From positions 41,974,001-42,038,000 of the forward strand of contig NC_043009.1 in assembly GCF_006345805.1 (NCBI RefSeq): a DNA stretch of 64,000 bases. The letters are read 5' to 3'. The translations under genes were made by a program, and so were the position numbers. This document shows, piece by piece, positions 1 to 12,872 of the stretch. Below the pieces are notes generated by a model. The model was not told the DNA's origin. It ran no database searches and saw only the letters and a program-made list of their open reading frames with translations. How positions within the stretch are numbered: position 1 is the first letter of the stretch; the number at the start of each line of letters is the position of its first letter. The stretch is from Octopus sinensis. Its lineage: Eukaryota.

Positions 1-283
1 ATTTATCTCCACACATTCTCGAATCACTAGGCGAAGTAAAACTGTATTATCCAGTTTGACTTCTTTCTCATATTCTGTGAAATTCGAACCTCAGTTTTAC
101 TGGTTCAATCTACCTGGGAATACGTGAGGCAGTTAGAATCTATTTTTCCACTTCCTTTTATCACAGTAAATCACCGTCGTATTTAATTTTATCTTACCCT
201 AATTGTGGAGAAAAATCAATGTTTCATATTCTGTCAATGGTACTCTGATTTAGTTCATAGAAACTCCACTCAGTTAGGTCGTT

Positions 284-321
<38 letters not shown>

Positions 322-527
322 CACACACCATTAATATAGATACACAGCTAGACGCAATAGTACCATAAACGAAAAAATAGAAAGAAATAAGAGTTAAAAC
401 GCTTGATGCTGTTAGAAGCACGCGATATATACATAACTGACTGGGTGCGCTAAGCTGTTTATATTAATTTTTAATATACGCATTAGCATTTCGCTAAATT
501 AGCCATATATCTTATGGTAATATATAT

Positions 528-583
<56 letters not shown>

Positions 584-982
584 TATTATATATATATATA
601 TATATATATTAGATATATATATATATATATATAATATATATATAATATATATATATAATATATATATATGTATATATATATATACTGACAGCCGGATCGA
701 CTTTTGAGTAATCAACGGACGAGCCTACGACTGATAGGCGAAACTAGTCTTGTCTAGTGATCCTAGAGACGCTCCTGGGGCGGTTATCTCCCCTGCCAAT
801 GTATAATATATATATATATATATATATAGATTACGCGCCTCTTACAATATTAAGAGTTTTAACTTAATATTGTAACTTGTAATATAGGTACTTGGATACC
901 CTCAGTCAATCACGGTTAGCGAATATATATATATATCTTTCTTTCTATCTAGCTATCTATCGGTCTATCTATCTATCGATCA

Positions 983-1029
<47 letters not shown>

Positions 1030-1133
1030 CTATATATAATATATTATATATAATGTATGTATATATATATATATATAATATGATGTATGTATATATATAG
1101 TATATATATATTATATATATATATATATAATAT

Positions 1134-2450
1134 ATCACAATCAAGGAACGGCCATAATAGCCATTCAACCACTAGAAATAACAGCCAAAGCTTCAACCGC
1201 AAATAACATTAATTCCGCAAACCAGGAGAAAATTAAAAAATATTTACCCTGTAATTTCTTATACGATGCACCGTTTCATCTACTGTTTAATGGTAAACTA
1301 ACCTGATTAAATTAAATCAAGCCAATCTTCCATAGGCCTTAGATTCGTCAGTAAGAAATAGCCAGATCGGAACAGATATTTTCACGAGGCATTTCTGTCC
1401 CTGCCTCGGCAATATCTGACCTAAATTTCAAATCATCGCACTCGCGCCAAATTTATCGGCAGCAAATAAATATAAGCCGCCGATTCCATTACGGAATCAA
1501 CCAGAAAATTCATAATTAATCAATATAGGGTGGCAAAAAAAAATCATCGCGAGTGCGATGATTTGAAAATTTTAGGTCAGATATTGCCGAGGCAGGGACA
1601 GAAATGCCTCGTGAAAATATCTGTTCCGATCTGGCTATTTCTTACTGACGAATCTAAGGGCCTATGGAAGATTGGCTTGATTTAATTTAATCAGGTTAGT
1701 TTACCATTAAACAGTAGATGAAACGGTGCATCGTATAAGAAATTACAGGGTAAATGTTTTTTAATTTTCTCCTGGTTTGCGGAATAATGTTATTTTGGCG
1801 GTTGAAGCTTTGGCTGTTATTTCTAGTGGGTGAATGGCCTATTATGGCCGTTCCTTGATTGTGATGTTGAACTTATAAATGGTCTATGACTATTTAATTT
1901 TTTCCCACTAGGCCACTGGTGGCAAAAAAATTCTTAAAATTTTTTTTTGCCACCCTATATTGATTAATTATGAATTTTCTGGTTGATTCCGTAATGGAAT
2001 CGGAGCTTATATTATTTGCTGCCGATAAATTTGGCGCGAGTGCGATGATTTGAAAATTTTAGGTCAGATATTGCCGAGGCAGGGACAGAAATGCCCCGTG
2101 AAAAAATATCTGTTCCGATCTGGCTATTCTTACTGACGAATCTAAGGGCCTATGGAAGATTGGCTTGATTTAATTTAATCAGGTTAGTTTACCATTAAAC
2201 AGTAGATGAAACGGTGCACGTATAGAAATTACAGGGTAAATGTTTTTTAATTTTCTCTGGTTTGCGGAATTGTTATTTTGCGGTTGAAGCTTTGGCTGTT
2301 ATTTCTAGTGGGTGAATGGCCTATTATGGCCGTTCCTTGATTGTGATGTTGAACTTATAAAGGTCTATGACTATTTAATTTTTTCCCACTAGGCCGCTGT
2401 GGCAAAAAAATTCTACAAAATTTTTTTTTGCCACCCTTATTGATTATTAT
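1134..2450. repeat. Foldback plus tandem array of a ~480-bp unit
   Basis: 1134-1544 is the reverse complement of 1939-2347. 1548-1938 is a direct partial copy of 2034-2420, and a new unit starts at 2421. Unit junctions carry ggtggcaaaaaaa...tttttttttgccacc hairpins. Confidence 0.85.
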
Positions 2451-2456
2451 TATATA

Positions 2457-2524
<68 letters not shown>

Positions 2525-2779
2525 TGAGAGAGAGAGGAGAGAGAGAGAGAGAGAGAGAGAGAAGATAGATAGATGATAAACTTACTTAGAAATGGATGCA
2601 TGGTGTTCAATCATATAATATAAATGATATAATATATACAATATATATTATATATACACACACACCACTATATATATATATATATATAGATATATATATA
2701 TATATATCTATATATATATATATATATATGCATATATGTTCGTACTTACATATATTATGTATATAACATATGCATATAT

Positions 2780-3260
2780 GGGTACAGGACGTCACCAAAC
2801 GTAAACATGAAATACGAAAACAACCTGAAATGTGAAAACAAACTTGAGTATGCTAACAACGAGAGAAACTAATGGAAAACAAGACAAGTAACATAAAGAA
2901 CGACCCTCCATCAGTTGTCAGCTGTTTATCTACTTCTCATATCGCGCATTTAGCGACAATATGAGGCTTCGAAAAACAGTTGCCCCCGCGAACCAAAATA
3001 AAATTTGGGATGTTTGCGGATGGTTAAATTTGGTAAGAAAGACAGGACAGTGGAGACATACAACAAACCAAACGAAAACAGACATGGAGTGCCGATAGGC
3101 TAGACGACATAAGGTAGCGAACGCTGGAGGAATATTCTTTGACAAGAGAAAAGATAGGAGAGGAGACAGATAAGAATGCGTCTGGTCTGTGCGACGGACT
3201 GAAGGAAAAGAAAGATGATCATGTGTGGAAAAGAAAGATGGACGATGGTCACATGTGAGC
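2780..3260 (-). mobile_element. Unclassified interspersed repeat fragment ending in (TA)n, possibly a PLE-type 3' end
   Basis: Complex sequence between microsatellites, pyrimidine-rich on the minus strand, ending gacgtcctgtacccatatatg. This resembles the organisation of the pLTR-like repeats elsewhere in the window. No ORF homology recognised. Confidence 0.3.
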
Positions 3261-3435
3261 AACGAGACACAGAGAGAGAGAGAGAGAGTAAAGGAGGAAG
3301 AGGGAGAGAGAGATAGAAAACAGTGAAGAGGAGAAAAGAGAATTGGAGAAAGGTAGAGAGAGAAAGCGAAAGGGGGAGAGAGAGAACAGTAATGGGCAGT
3401 GTCGCATCAAATTTTTAAGATAAACCTACTTGGGA

Positions 3436-3479
<44 letters not shown>

Positions 3480-3544
3480 AAGTATATGTACGTATATGTG
3501 TGTATGTATATATGTGTTATGTATGTAACATGTATGTATACATG

Positions 3545-3599
<55 letters not shown>

Positions 3600-4331
3600 A
3601 TCTATGTATGTATGGGTATGTGAAATAATCTTTTTGTGTATATGTGACTGTCTGTATATGCATGTATAAAAGAATATATATAACAAATACAGGCATAGAG
3701 AAAGAGAGAGGAGGAGAGCGAGAATTATGGCAATTTTGACATTAAATGTCATTATAACTGTTGATTATGATTTGGACCAACAATTTAACAGCTGTTCCCT
3801 TTCAGCCTCAGTAACAACGACAACAATAACAGCAACAGAAATACCAAACTAGAACGCCAACAACCTATAACACTGTAACGTTACAGGATGTAAAAAAAAG
3901 CAACGCCATCCGTTTTGAAATTAAACTAATAACAACAATGTTCCTGAAAATGATGAAGTCGACGACGAGTGTGATCGTGTCGTTGTTTTGTTTATGTTGC
4001 TATATTTCTTCCTCGTTCGTGACAAAGATATATTTGTCTATGTTCTATGCGGGGCAACTCGGATTATTGAAGATTCTCATAAGTTTTGCTTTTATATTTA
4101 TATGAAGCTTCCTTTCACTGATATACATGGGGTCCCAGGTCTTCTGTTTATTTCGGTGAGTGTAAGCTTTCAGGGTAGATTATAACTCTTCTGTATACAT
4201 GTACATAGTCAAGTGTTGATACAGACATGAATATGTCTGTGTATGCTTGCATGTGTTAGTATGCATGTTAACACACAAACACATTCACACATGCACACGC
4301 GCATACACATCTATATATATAATACTACTTA

Positions 4332-4385
<54 letters not shown>

Positions 4386-5089
4386 ATCGTAAGTGTATGT
4401 GTGTATATATAATATCTATGCACATATGTATATACAAATATATACAATATGTATCTAATTATTTATCTATCTTTGTATATGTGTGTATAATGTGTATATG
4501 TGTGTGTGTATGTGTGAATATGGCTAGGTAGTTAAATAGCTAGATAGATAGATAGACTGAGTTCTAGTTATAAAAAATACTGTTTAGCAAATGAGTAAAA
4601 TCTGTATATATGTGAACTTGTCTATATACTGATGAGGTCTATCGAAAATCAAAATTCCTTGAAGTGATCTTCCTTCGTCGTTCATAATTACTAACAATTA
4701 ATGCTTAGGCTTTTCCTTTCTTCATGCTCAGTGGGGAAATTTTAACATATTAAGAATGAATTTTGCATATCAAGGAAAACACTGGGTTAAAAACAATTTG
4801 AAATGAAAAAAGTCGGTTTCCCCGCACAAAAGATGAGGGCAAGGCCCCACGAGCAGCGTTGCTCTTTTTTCTATCGAAGGCAGTTTTAACCCAATATTTT
4901 ACATGCTATAAATAATATAACAGTTATGTATCTATTTATCATTCTATCTATCTATTTATCATTCAAATGATATATTTCATATCTTTTGAAGTGTCTAAAA
5001 GATAAAGGAAATTCTTATAAAGTAATGCATCTGTAATAATAATAAGGTTACTCAGAAGAAATAAAAGAATTATATACAAGCACAGAACG

Positions 5090-5230
5090 GTTTCGAAAGT
5101 ATAAGAGCCATGAAGCAGAACAAATGTAGATGGGATGGCCACATCACGCAACTGAACGAAAACAAATAGACAATCAGAATGACAATAGACCAAAGATAAA
5201 ATGTCGAAATTACCTCGCTTGGTACCTGGG
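5090..5230 (+). mobile_element. Decayed RTE-like LINE 3' remnant
   Basis: Translates as AMKQNKCRWDGHITQLNENK*TIRMT, resembling the RTE C-terminal KWRWAGHxxRxxDNRWTxR motif. Confidence 0.35.
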
Positions 5231-5337
5231 ACCTACATGGCCATAACTGGCTACAGACAGGCAGTGGTGGAAGAAGACCTAGGAGCAATGAAACCCTGGA
5301 TATTAAAAGATATGAAATAGGAAAATAAAATATTTAT

Positions 5338-5418
5338 GATGGTTTGTTGCCAACTTGATGTGGCAGTCCCAGGAAAGGAAAAAGTGGGACTGCCACATTA
5401 AGTTGGCAACAAGCCATC
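5338..5418. other. 81-nt inverted repeat (34-bp arms, 13-nt loop)
   Basis: gatggtttgttgccaacttgatgtggcagtccca / tgggactgccacattaagttggcaacaagccatc, with two mismatches. Confidence 0.85.
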
Positions 5419-5419
5419 G

Positions 5420-5587
5420 CTTTATCGTGCTGCTATCGGAGCCGTCTTACAGCCATAGTGGAAGCTGAGAGTAGCTGCTTTGAATAAATTGTCTTCTCCC
5501 AGCCATAATGTAGTTGATAATTTTGATTTTTTAAAATACTTTTTTTCCTTTTGTGCAAACTGTATAATTTAGCCCCAACACCTTGTA
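5420..5587 (-). mobile_element. Possible Tc1/mariner terminal remnant
   Basis: The minus strand begins TA|CAAGGTGTTGGGG, similar to TA|CAGGGTG termini. No second TIR found. Confidence 0.3.
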
Positions 5588-5687
5588 CATACATACATAC
5601 ATACATACATATACATACGTACGTACGGACGTACGTACATACATACATACATACATACATAAGTTCATACATATAATATATATATAG

Positions 5688-5760
<73 letters not shown>

Positions 5761-5768
<8 letters not shown>

Positions 5769-6619
5769 AATCCAAAAGGGAAACAAAAAAACAACAAAAC
5801 AACAGGAACAATTACAGTATATTATTAATAGGCGCTCAGGAGATGGAAGCAGGGAGGTATGACGTTTCGAGCGGGAGCTCTTCGTCGGAAACATAAAGAA
5901 GGAAGAGAGAGGAAAGAAAGATCCCAGAGCGGGCAACAGGGAAAGAGAAAAAAGACGACTGGTTTGTTACGAGTTGCACATGGTGAAGGCGGATGTTGAC
6001 GATAACAAGAGCAAAGTGGGTTTTTAAAGGCAAAAGAGTGGAGACAAGGTTGGTAACCCAACAGATGTGTGTGTATGTGTGAGTGTGTGCATGTGCGTGT
6101 GTGTATGTGTGTGTGTGAGGCGAGATGAAAAAAAACAAAAAATATATGTGTGTGTTAGTGTGTGCGTCTGTGTGTAGGCGTGTGAGGTAGGGCGAGACTA
6201 GTGGTCAGCTAGCAGACAAGAAAGAAAAAAGAAGGAAAGGAGGAAGGGAGGGAGGGGAAGGGGTGGGGGCGTATGTAGCGTGCCAGCGTGTGTTGAGTAG
6301 TAGTGTGTGTGTGTGTCCAGTGTCGTGGTGGTATAATGAGTAGATTGAATGTGTGTAAGAGTGATGTATATATATAGGCAAGGGTTGTATTGTGTGTGCG
6401 CGTGTGTGTAACGAAAAAGGGGGGGGGGGTGTTAAGGAAAAAGGACTCCAGCTGAGGGGAAGATGAAGAAGAGTGGTACCGCGCAGAGACAGGCGTGGGA
6501 AAACCCAACGACACACGACGGTCCCAGGAACGGGCGGGAGAGGTCTCGTCAGGTCCAAGGGCGAGGTGTATGCGACGCGTATGCAACGCGAGCCGGCGCG
6601 TAAGTGCGTATGTGCGCGT
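5761..6619 (-). repeat. 3' pseudo-LTR of the Penelope-like element
   Basis: Direct repeat of 12007-12881 (ataattttaatccaaaaggg...gcgtaagtgcgtatgtgcgcg) with small indels. Confidence 0.9.
5855..5897 (-). ncRNA. Minimal hammerhead-like motif in the 3' pLTR (atypical core)
   Basis: Minus strand reads CCGACGA-A-GAGC tccc GCTC-GAAA-CG-TC. Stem I is poor. PLE pLTRs are known to carry minimal hammerheads. Confidence 0.5.
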
Positions 6620-8834
6620 GCCTGCGAGTATGCGCGTACGTATGTATGTGTGGTGGATGTGTGAGTGTGTCTGTGTGTATGTCTGGGTGGCAGTGTGTGC
6701 GATGAATGTATGTGAGTATGTGTGTATGTATGTGTGTGCATAGATGTATGTCCGTGTGTGGTGTGTATGTGTGTGATGTGTGTGAGTGTGTATGTATGTA
6801 CGTGTGGGTGTGGGGAAGTGTGTGTATGTGCATGTGTGTGCGCGTACATACAGGTGGTGAGTGTGAGTGAGTGTGTGTGTGTGTATGTAGTATGTGAGTG
6901 TGTATGTATGTGTGTGTCGGATGCATGTATGTGTATGGGTGTATGTATGCGTGTGTGTATGTATGTATGTGTACGTGCGTGTTGTGTGTTGTATGCGTGT
7001 AGGTGTGCGCGTGTGCATGCATGCATGTGCGTATGTGTGTGTGTGTGTGCATGTGTGTGGGTGGTATATATGTATGTGCGTATATGTGTGTGTATGTGCG
7101 TACATGTGTGTGTGTGTATGCATGTGTGTGTGTAGTAGGTGTGTAGGCGTGTGTGTATAGGGTATGTATGTAAGTATGTAAGTATGTGGGTGTGTCGTGT
7201 GTATGTGTGTGTATGTATGTGTGTATGTAGGTGTGTGGGCGTGTGTATATGTGTGTGTATGTACGTGTGTGGGCGTGTGTATATAGTGTGTATGTGTGTA
7301 TGTCTGGGTGTGTCCGTGCATGTTGTGTGTGTGTGTGTATGCATGTGTATGTGGGGGTGTGTGTACGTGTGTAATGTAATGTATGTGTGTGTGCGTGTGT
7401 GTATGCGTGCGTGTGTGTATGTAGGTGCGTGTGTATGTGTGTGGTGGGAGTGTAGGTGTGTGTGTGCGTGTGCGTGTTTATGTTCGTGTGTACGTATGTG
7501 AGTGTGAGTGTATGGGTGTTTGTCATGCATGTGTGTGCGCGTGCAGGTGAGTGTGTGTGTAAGTATGTGTGTGTGTATGTTTGTGTGAGTGTGTAAGTGT
7601 GTATGTCTTTGTGTATGTATGTGCGTATAGGAGTATGTGGGTATGTGTGTATGTATGTATATGGGTGTATGTATGTATGTGTGTGTGTGCATGTGTATAA
7701 GTATATGTGTGTGTGCGTATGTGGTGTATATGTATATGTGTGTGTGTTTATGTATGTGTGTATGTATGTGTGTAGGCGTGTGTGTGTAGATGTATGTATG
7801 TATGGTGTGTGTGTCCGTGTGTGTTTGTGTGTGTGTAGGTAGATGTGTGTGTCTGAATGAGGGTATGGCTGTGTAGGTGTGTGTGTGTATGAATGTAAGT
7901 GTGTGTGTATACAAGTGTAATGTATGTATGTAGGTGTGTGTGTGTGTGTATGTGTACGTGTGCGTGTATGTGGTGTGTGTGTATGCGTGTGAGTGTGAGT
8001 GTATGGGTGTATGTCTGTGTGTGTTATGTCTGAAGTAGGTATGTATGTGTATGTATGTATGTGTGTGTGTGTGCAGGTATGTGTGTGTATGTGTGAGTAG
8101 GTGTGCGTGTATGTATGTGGGTAGGGATGCATGCGAGTGTGTGGGTATGTATGCATACATACGTACGCGCACATCCGAAGCAAGCCCACACGCACAAAGC
8201 GCGCTCACGCACACAACGCACAAGCAGTACAACGCAAGCCCAAGGGGCCGACCAAGCCCCCAGCGCGCGCCAAGGCGCGCGGAGCGCAAAGGCCCTCGAA
8301 CGCCCCGCTACGCGGGAACCGAGGATCCATCAGCAAAACCAACCGGAAAGCAGAAAGAGGGGGGGCTGCCTGGATGCAAAAATGTGTATGTGTGTGTGCA
8401 TTCAGTGTAAGGTGTGCATGTGTGGGCATGTATGTATGTATGTGCCTACATGTATGTTTGCATGTGTGTGTGTGTGAAGTATGTACGTGCGGTGTGTGTG
8501 TGTGTGTGTGAGTGTGTGTGTATGTATGTGCGTATGTATGTGTGTGTGTATGTGTGTATGTATGTCTGTGTGTGTGTGTGTGTAAGTATGTATGTGTGTG
8601 CGTATGTATGTATGTGTGTGTGTATGTGCATGTTGGTTTGTATGTTAGTGTGTGCTAGTATGTAATTGTGTGTGATTAAATGTGTGAATGTATGTACGTA
8701 AATGGGTCTGCGTATGTGTGTGTGTGAACAGGCGTGTGGGAGGTAGGTGGTTGGGTGGTGTGTGGGAGGTAGGTGGGTGGGTGTGTGTGCGTGTGGGAGG
8801 CAGGTGGGTGTGTGTGTGGGTGGGTGTGTGTGCC
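6620..8834. repeat. Degenerate (TG)n/(TATG)n tract inside the PLE unit
   Basis: About 2.2 kb of alternating purine-pyrimidine sequence between the ORF stop and the 3' pLTR. It is the source of the spurious His/Thr-rich ORFs. Confidence 0.9.
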
Positions 8835-8865
8835 AAAAAAAAAAAAAAAAAAAAAAAAGCAGATC

Positions 8866-11692
8866 TCAAGAGGAGGGGGCTGTGTTAAGTCCGTGTGGGG
8901 TGGTAGTTTGTAGGGTGAAGATGTAGCGTTTGCTCCAAGTGGAGCCTGGAAAGTGGGCGACCTTGGTGGGGGGCGAGACCAAACACTGAGATGTCATCTA
9001 GGGAATGGCCGGCCGAACGGAAGTGGCGTGCGACGGGAGAAAGAGAGTGTAGGCGAACGTCCCTTAAGTGCTCAGTGAAACGGTCGGACAACCGGCGTCC
9101 CGTCTGTCCTACATACAGCATCCCGCATAGGTTGCATTTAATGCAGTAAATAAGGCCAGACGAGGTGCACGTAAAAGAGTGCCTAATGCGTACAGTGTGC
9201 AGGTTGGAGCCGGTGACAGCGGTGGTGTTGGTGATGAAGGGGCAAGTGTTTGCAGCGGGATCTAGAGCAAGGGAATGATCCGTGTGGGGCTGAGGGGGAA
9301 GGAGAGAGGGTGCTGTGGACCAGGAGGTCACGCAGATTGCGGGCTCGTTTGAAAGAGGACAGGGGTAGGTTAGGGAAAATGGGGCGGGTGGTGGGATCAA
9401 GCTGGAGGCGACGGAAGGCACGTAGTATCTTGCGACGAAGGGGTAGGGTAGAGGGGTGGAAAAGGAGGGGGAAGGGGGTGCGGTTGGGGGGTGGGCGGGG
9501 GGAAGGAGACAGGGCGGTAGTGCGGTCGATGCGACGGGCGCGGGTGAGGGCATCAGAGAGGAGTATGGGTGGGTAACCTCGGAGTCTGAACATGCGGGCC
9601 AGGTATTGAGATTGGGTCTCGAAATCCTGGTCGCGGCTGCACAAACGTCGGAGGCGGAGGAACTGGGAGTAGGGGATGGCTCGTTTGGTGTGGAAGGGTG
9701 GGAGGAAGAGAAGTTGAGATAGAGGTGGGAATCCGTAGGTTAAAAAAAGGCGGTGGTGGTGAGAGATCTGGAGGGGTGATCGATGCGGAGAGAGATGTCA
9801 AGGAAGTTGACAGAGGTGTTGAGATGGTGGAGATGGTGGAGGGTGAAATTGGAAAGGAAAGAGATGAATTGAAGGGTGGGAAAGAGGTGGCAAACGATTA
9901 TATAGCGACCGTATAGTTCGGGGGTCGGCCCAGAGAACTGGGAGAACACTTGGGCCTCAATGTAGCCAAGAAAGAGACTGGCGAAATTGGGGCCCATCCT
10001 AGTTCCCATCGCGACCCCGGACACCTGTTGGTACGTTTCCCCGGCGAACGTGAAGCAATTGAGGGTGAGGACGAGCTCGGCCAAACGGAGAAGGGTGGGG
10101 GTGCTGGGGGTGGGGTCGGGACGACGGTCGAGGAAGTGTTGGAGGGCTAGGAGACCGTCGTTGTGGGGAATCACTGTGTACAGGGATTTTACATCTAAAG
10201 TGAAGAGGAGGGTGAGGGGCTGGAGGGAAGGAAGGAAAAGGAATTGAAGAGACGGAGGGCGTGGTTGGTGTCGTGTATGTGGGATGGGAGGGCTGCGACT
10301 AAGGGGGACAGGATGCGGTCGAGGTATAGGGAGATGAGTTCAGTGGGGCAATTACAGGCAGAGACTATGGGACGGCCAGGATTAGAGGGTTTATGGATCT
10401 TGGGAAGGAAGTAGATGGTAGAGGTGCGGGGTGTGCGGACGATGAGGTTGGTGGCGGTGAGGGGGAGAGCGGAGGAGGAGATGAGGTCGTGGATGGTGGA
10501 GGACACTCGTTGTTGGTAGGAGGAGGTGGGATCGGAGGGGAGGAGGCGATAGAAGAGTGGATTTTGAAGCTGGTTGAGCGCTTCCTCCCTGTATAGGTCC
10601 GCGCGCCACACTACCACTGCCCCGCCTTTGTCCGCCGGTTTGATGACAATGTCATCACGACGGCGGAGGTGGCGAAGGGCAATGGATTCGGCCCGAGTGA
10701 GGTTGGCTCGGCGGGGTCTTGGTTCAAAGTTGAAACGGTGGACCAAAGCGTTGCAGTCATGTACAAACGAATCTAGGCTACTGAAAAGGCCTGGGGGCGG
10801 CGTCCAGATGGATGGACGACGCCCCAGCTCCAAAAAGCAATCCTGATTGTTTTGACGCTGCGGGGACGCGTGGTAGTATGCGCGAAGTTTGAGGCGGCGC
10901 AGGAACAGGTTGACGTCCGCCCGAGTCTCGAACTCATCACAGTGGCGCGTGAGTGGCGTGAAGCGGAGACCTTTACTGAGGAGGGAGCGCTCAGCGGCGG
11001 AGAGGGGAGGTGGGGGGGTATAGTGACAACAGCGCGAGGAAGCGGGGTGGTGGGAGGACTAGGGGCAGGCGGAGGGGGTGCAGGGGTGTGAAGGGGAGGG
11101 TAGGGGTGGTTGGGTGAAGATGGGTTAGGCGTAGGAAGGTCACGGTGGGGGGTGGGGGGTCCGTGGAAGGGTGGGGTAGGTGCGAAGGAGGGGGGGAACA
11201 GTGGGGGAGGATGGGGAAGGGGGTGACGGTTGAGGAGGAGGTGGAGTTTTTGTTTTTTGTGTGTGTGGAGGTGGTTGTAGAGTTGGTGGTTGAGATTAAG
11301 AATGAAGCGGAGGATAGGTTGGGTGAAGAGTGGAGGGCAGAGGGCGGAGAGAAGGAGGTAGGCCTGGGGAAGTTGATGGTCGAGGGAGTCAAGGAGGGGG
11401 GGGTGGAGCGGATGGTGGCGCGGGGAGGGGGAGCGGGGAGGTCCGAGCGAGGGTGGGTTCGATGAAGGGGGAGGAATAGGGGGTAGCGTGGAACTTCAAG
11501 AGGAAACCGCGGGGGTGTGACATGATGGCGGAGGCACCGGCTAAGAAAGGAAAGATGACTAGAGTGGCGGGTTTTCTTAAAAAGCAAGCGGGAAAGTTTT
11601 ATAGCAGGTGCGGAACATTGTGGGGGGAAGAACGCGAGGTAGCGGCTGAGGAGGGATTGAAGGTGTTGGACGAACGAGTGCAAGTCAGGCAT
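8866..11692 (-). pseudogene. PLE polyprotein (N-terminal domain, RT, Cys-rich linker, GIY-YIG endonuclease), multiply frameshifted
   Basis: Motifs across frames: KKTRHSSHLSFLSRCL; DIVIKPADKGGAVVVW; YFLPKIHKPSNPGRPIVS; LDVKSLYTVIP; YQQVSGVAMGTRMGPNFA; KPTDSH..AIPYSQFLRLRRLCS; FPCSRSRC-NTCP; FTCTSSGLIYCIKCNLCGMLYVGQT..RFTEH; IFTLQTTTPHGLN. The YxDD motif is not intact. Confidence 0.9.
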
Positions 11693-12006
11693 GATGAGAG
11701 GTGGTGGCAACCAGGTAAGGTGGGTGGTGGCGAAGCAGGAAAAAGGAGAGACAACAGGAAAACAACGAAAGAAGAAAAAGGGTGAAGACAGTTTTGAAAC
11801 AATAGAAAAAGTTGAAAAAAGTCAGGAAAAGAGTTTGAGAGTCAACGGACAGATTAAGTAATGATTTTACATCACGGTAAGCGGTACTCCGGAAGAAAGT
11901 TGCAGGTGATCCGTAGGTCAGGAAGAATGGTAACAATAATCCGTAGGTGCAAAAAATCCGAGAGTTGGTATCCAAGGTACAGGGGTCCGTGTAGGCGCGC
12001 AGTGGT

Positions 12007-12872
12007 ATAATTTTAATCCAAAAGGGAAACAAAAAAACAACAACAACAGGAACAATTACAGTATTATTATTAATAGGCGCTCAGGAGATGGAAGCAGGGA
12101 GGTATGACGTTTCGAGCGGAGCTCTTCGTCGGAAACATAAAGAAGGAAGAGAGAGGAAAGAAAGATCCCAGAGCGGGCAACAGGGAAAGAGAAAAAAGAC
12201 GACTGGTGTTTACGAGTTGCACATGGTGAAGGCGGATGTGACGATAACAAGAGCAAAGTGGGTTTTTAAAGGCAAAAGAGTGGAGACAAGGTTGGTAACC
12301 CAACAGATGTGTGTGTATGTGTGAGTGTGTGCATGTGCGTGTGGTATGTGTGTGTGTGAGGCGAGATGAAAAAACACAAAAAATATATGTGTGTGTTAGT
12401 GTGTGCGTCTGTGTGTAGGCGTGTGAGGTAGGGCGAGACTAGTGGTCAGCTAGCAGACAAGAAAAAGAAGGAAGGAGGAAGGGAGGTCAGTAGTAAGAAA
12501 AAGAAGAAGGAGGAAGGGAGGGAGGGGAAGGGGGGGTGGGGGGCGTATGTAGCGTGCCAGCGTGTGTTGAGTAGTAGTGTGTGTGTGTGTCCAGTGTCGT
12601 GGTGGTATTAATGAGTAGATTGAATGTGTGTAAGAGTGATGTATATATATAGGCAAGGTGTGTATATGTGTGCGCGTGTGTGTAACGAAAAAGGGGGGGG
12701 GTTAAGGAAAAAGGACTCCAGCTGAGGGGAAGATGGAAGAGTGGTACCGCGGAGACAGGCGTGGGAAAACCCAACGACACACGACGGTCCCAGGAACGGG
12801 CGGGAGGTCTCGTCAGGTCCAAGGGCGAGGTGTATGCGACGCGTATGCAACGCGAGCCGGCGTAAGTGCGTA

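Noticed and set aside
4626-4650. CTGATGAGGTCTATCGAAAATC canonical-looking hammerhead core
   Set aside because: Stem II is only 1-2 bp, there is no stem III or stem I, and no second copy exists. Likely chance.
4963-5310. Apparent minus-strand exons with AG/GT ends
   Set aside because: They overlap an RTE remnant on the plus strand, and the joined product stops early and is unrecognised.
6535-6560. CTGACGAG on the minus strand within the pLTR
   Set aside because: No downstream GAAA or stem II partner. I could not build a hammerhead or HDV fold.
6205-8289. 694-aa, 548-aa and 370-aa His/Thr-rich ORFs
   Set aside because: They are translations of a stop-free (CA)n-type tract with no protein complexity. 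The same applies to the many YI-, CV-, poly-I/L/N and LSIY-repeat ORFs across the window.
8161-8390. T-depleted, GC-rich island interrupting the TG tract
   Set aside because: Abrupt composition flip with no recognisable homology or structure. Most likely a low-quality consensus or a small inversion.
9250-11785. Plus-strand Gly/Glu/Arg-rich ORFs overlapping the PLE
   Set aside because: They are antisense shadows of the C-rich coding strand.
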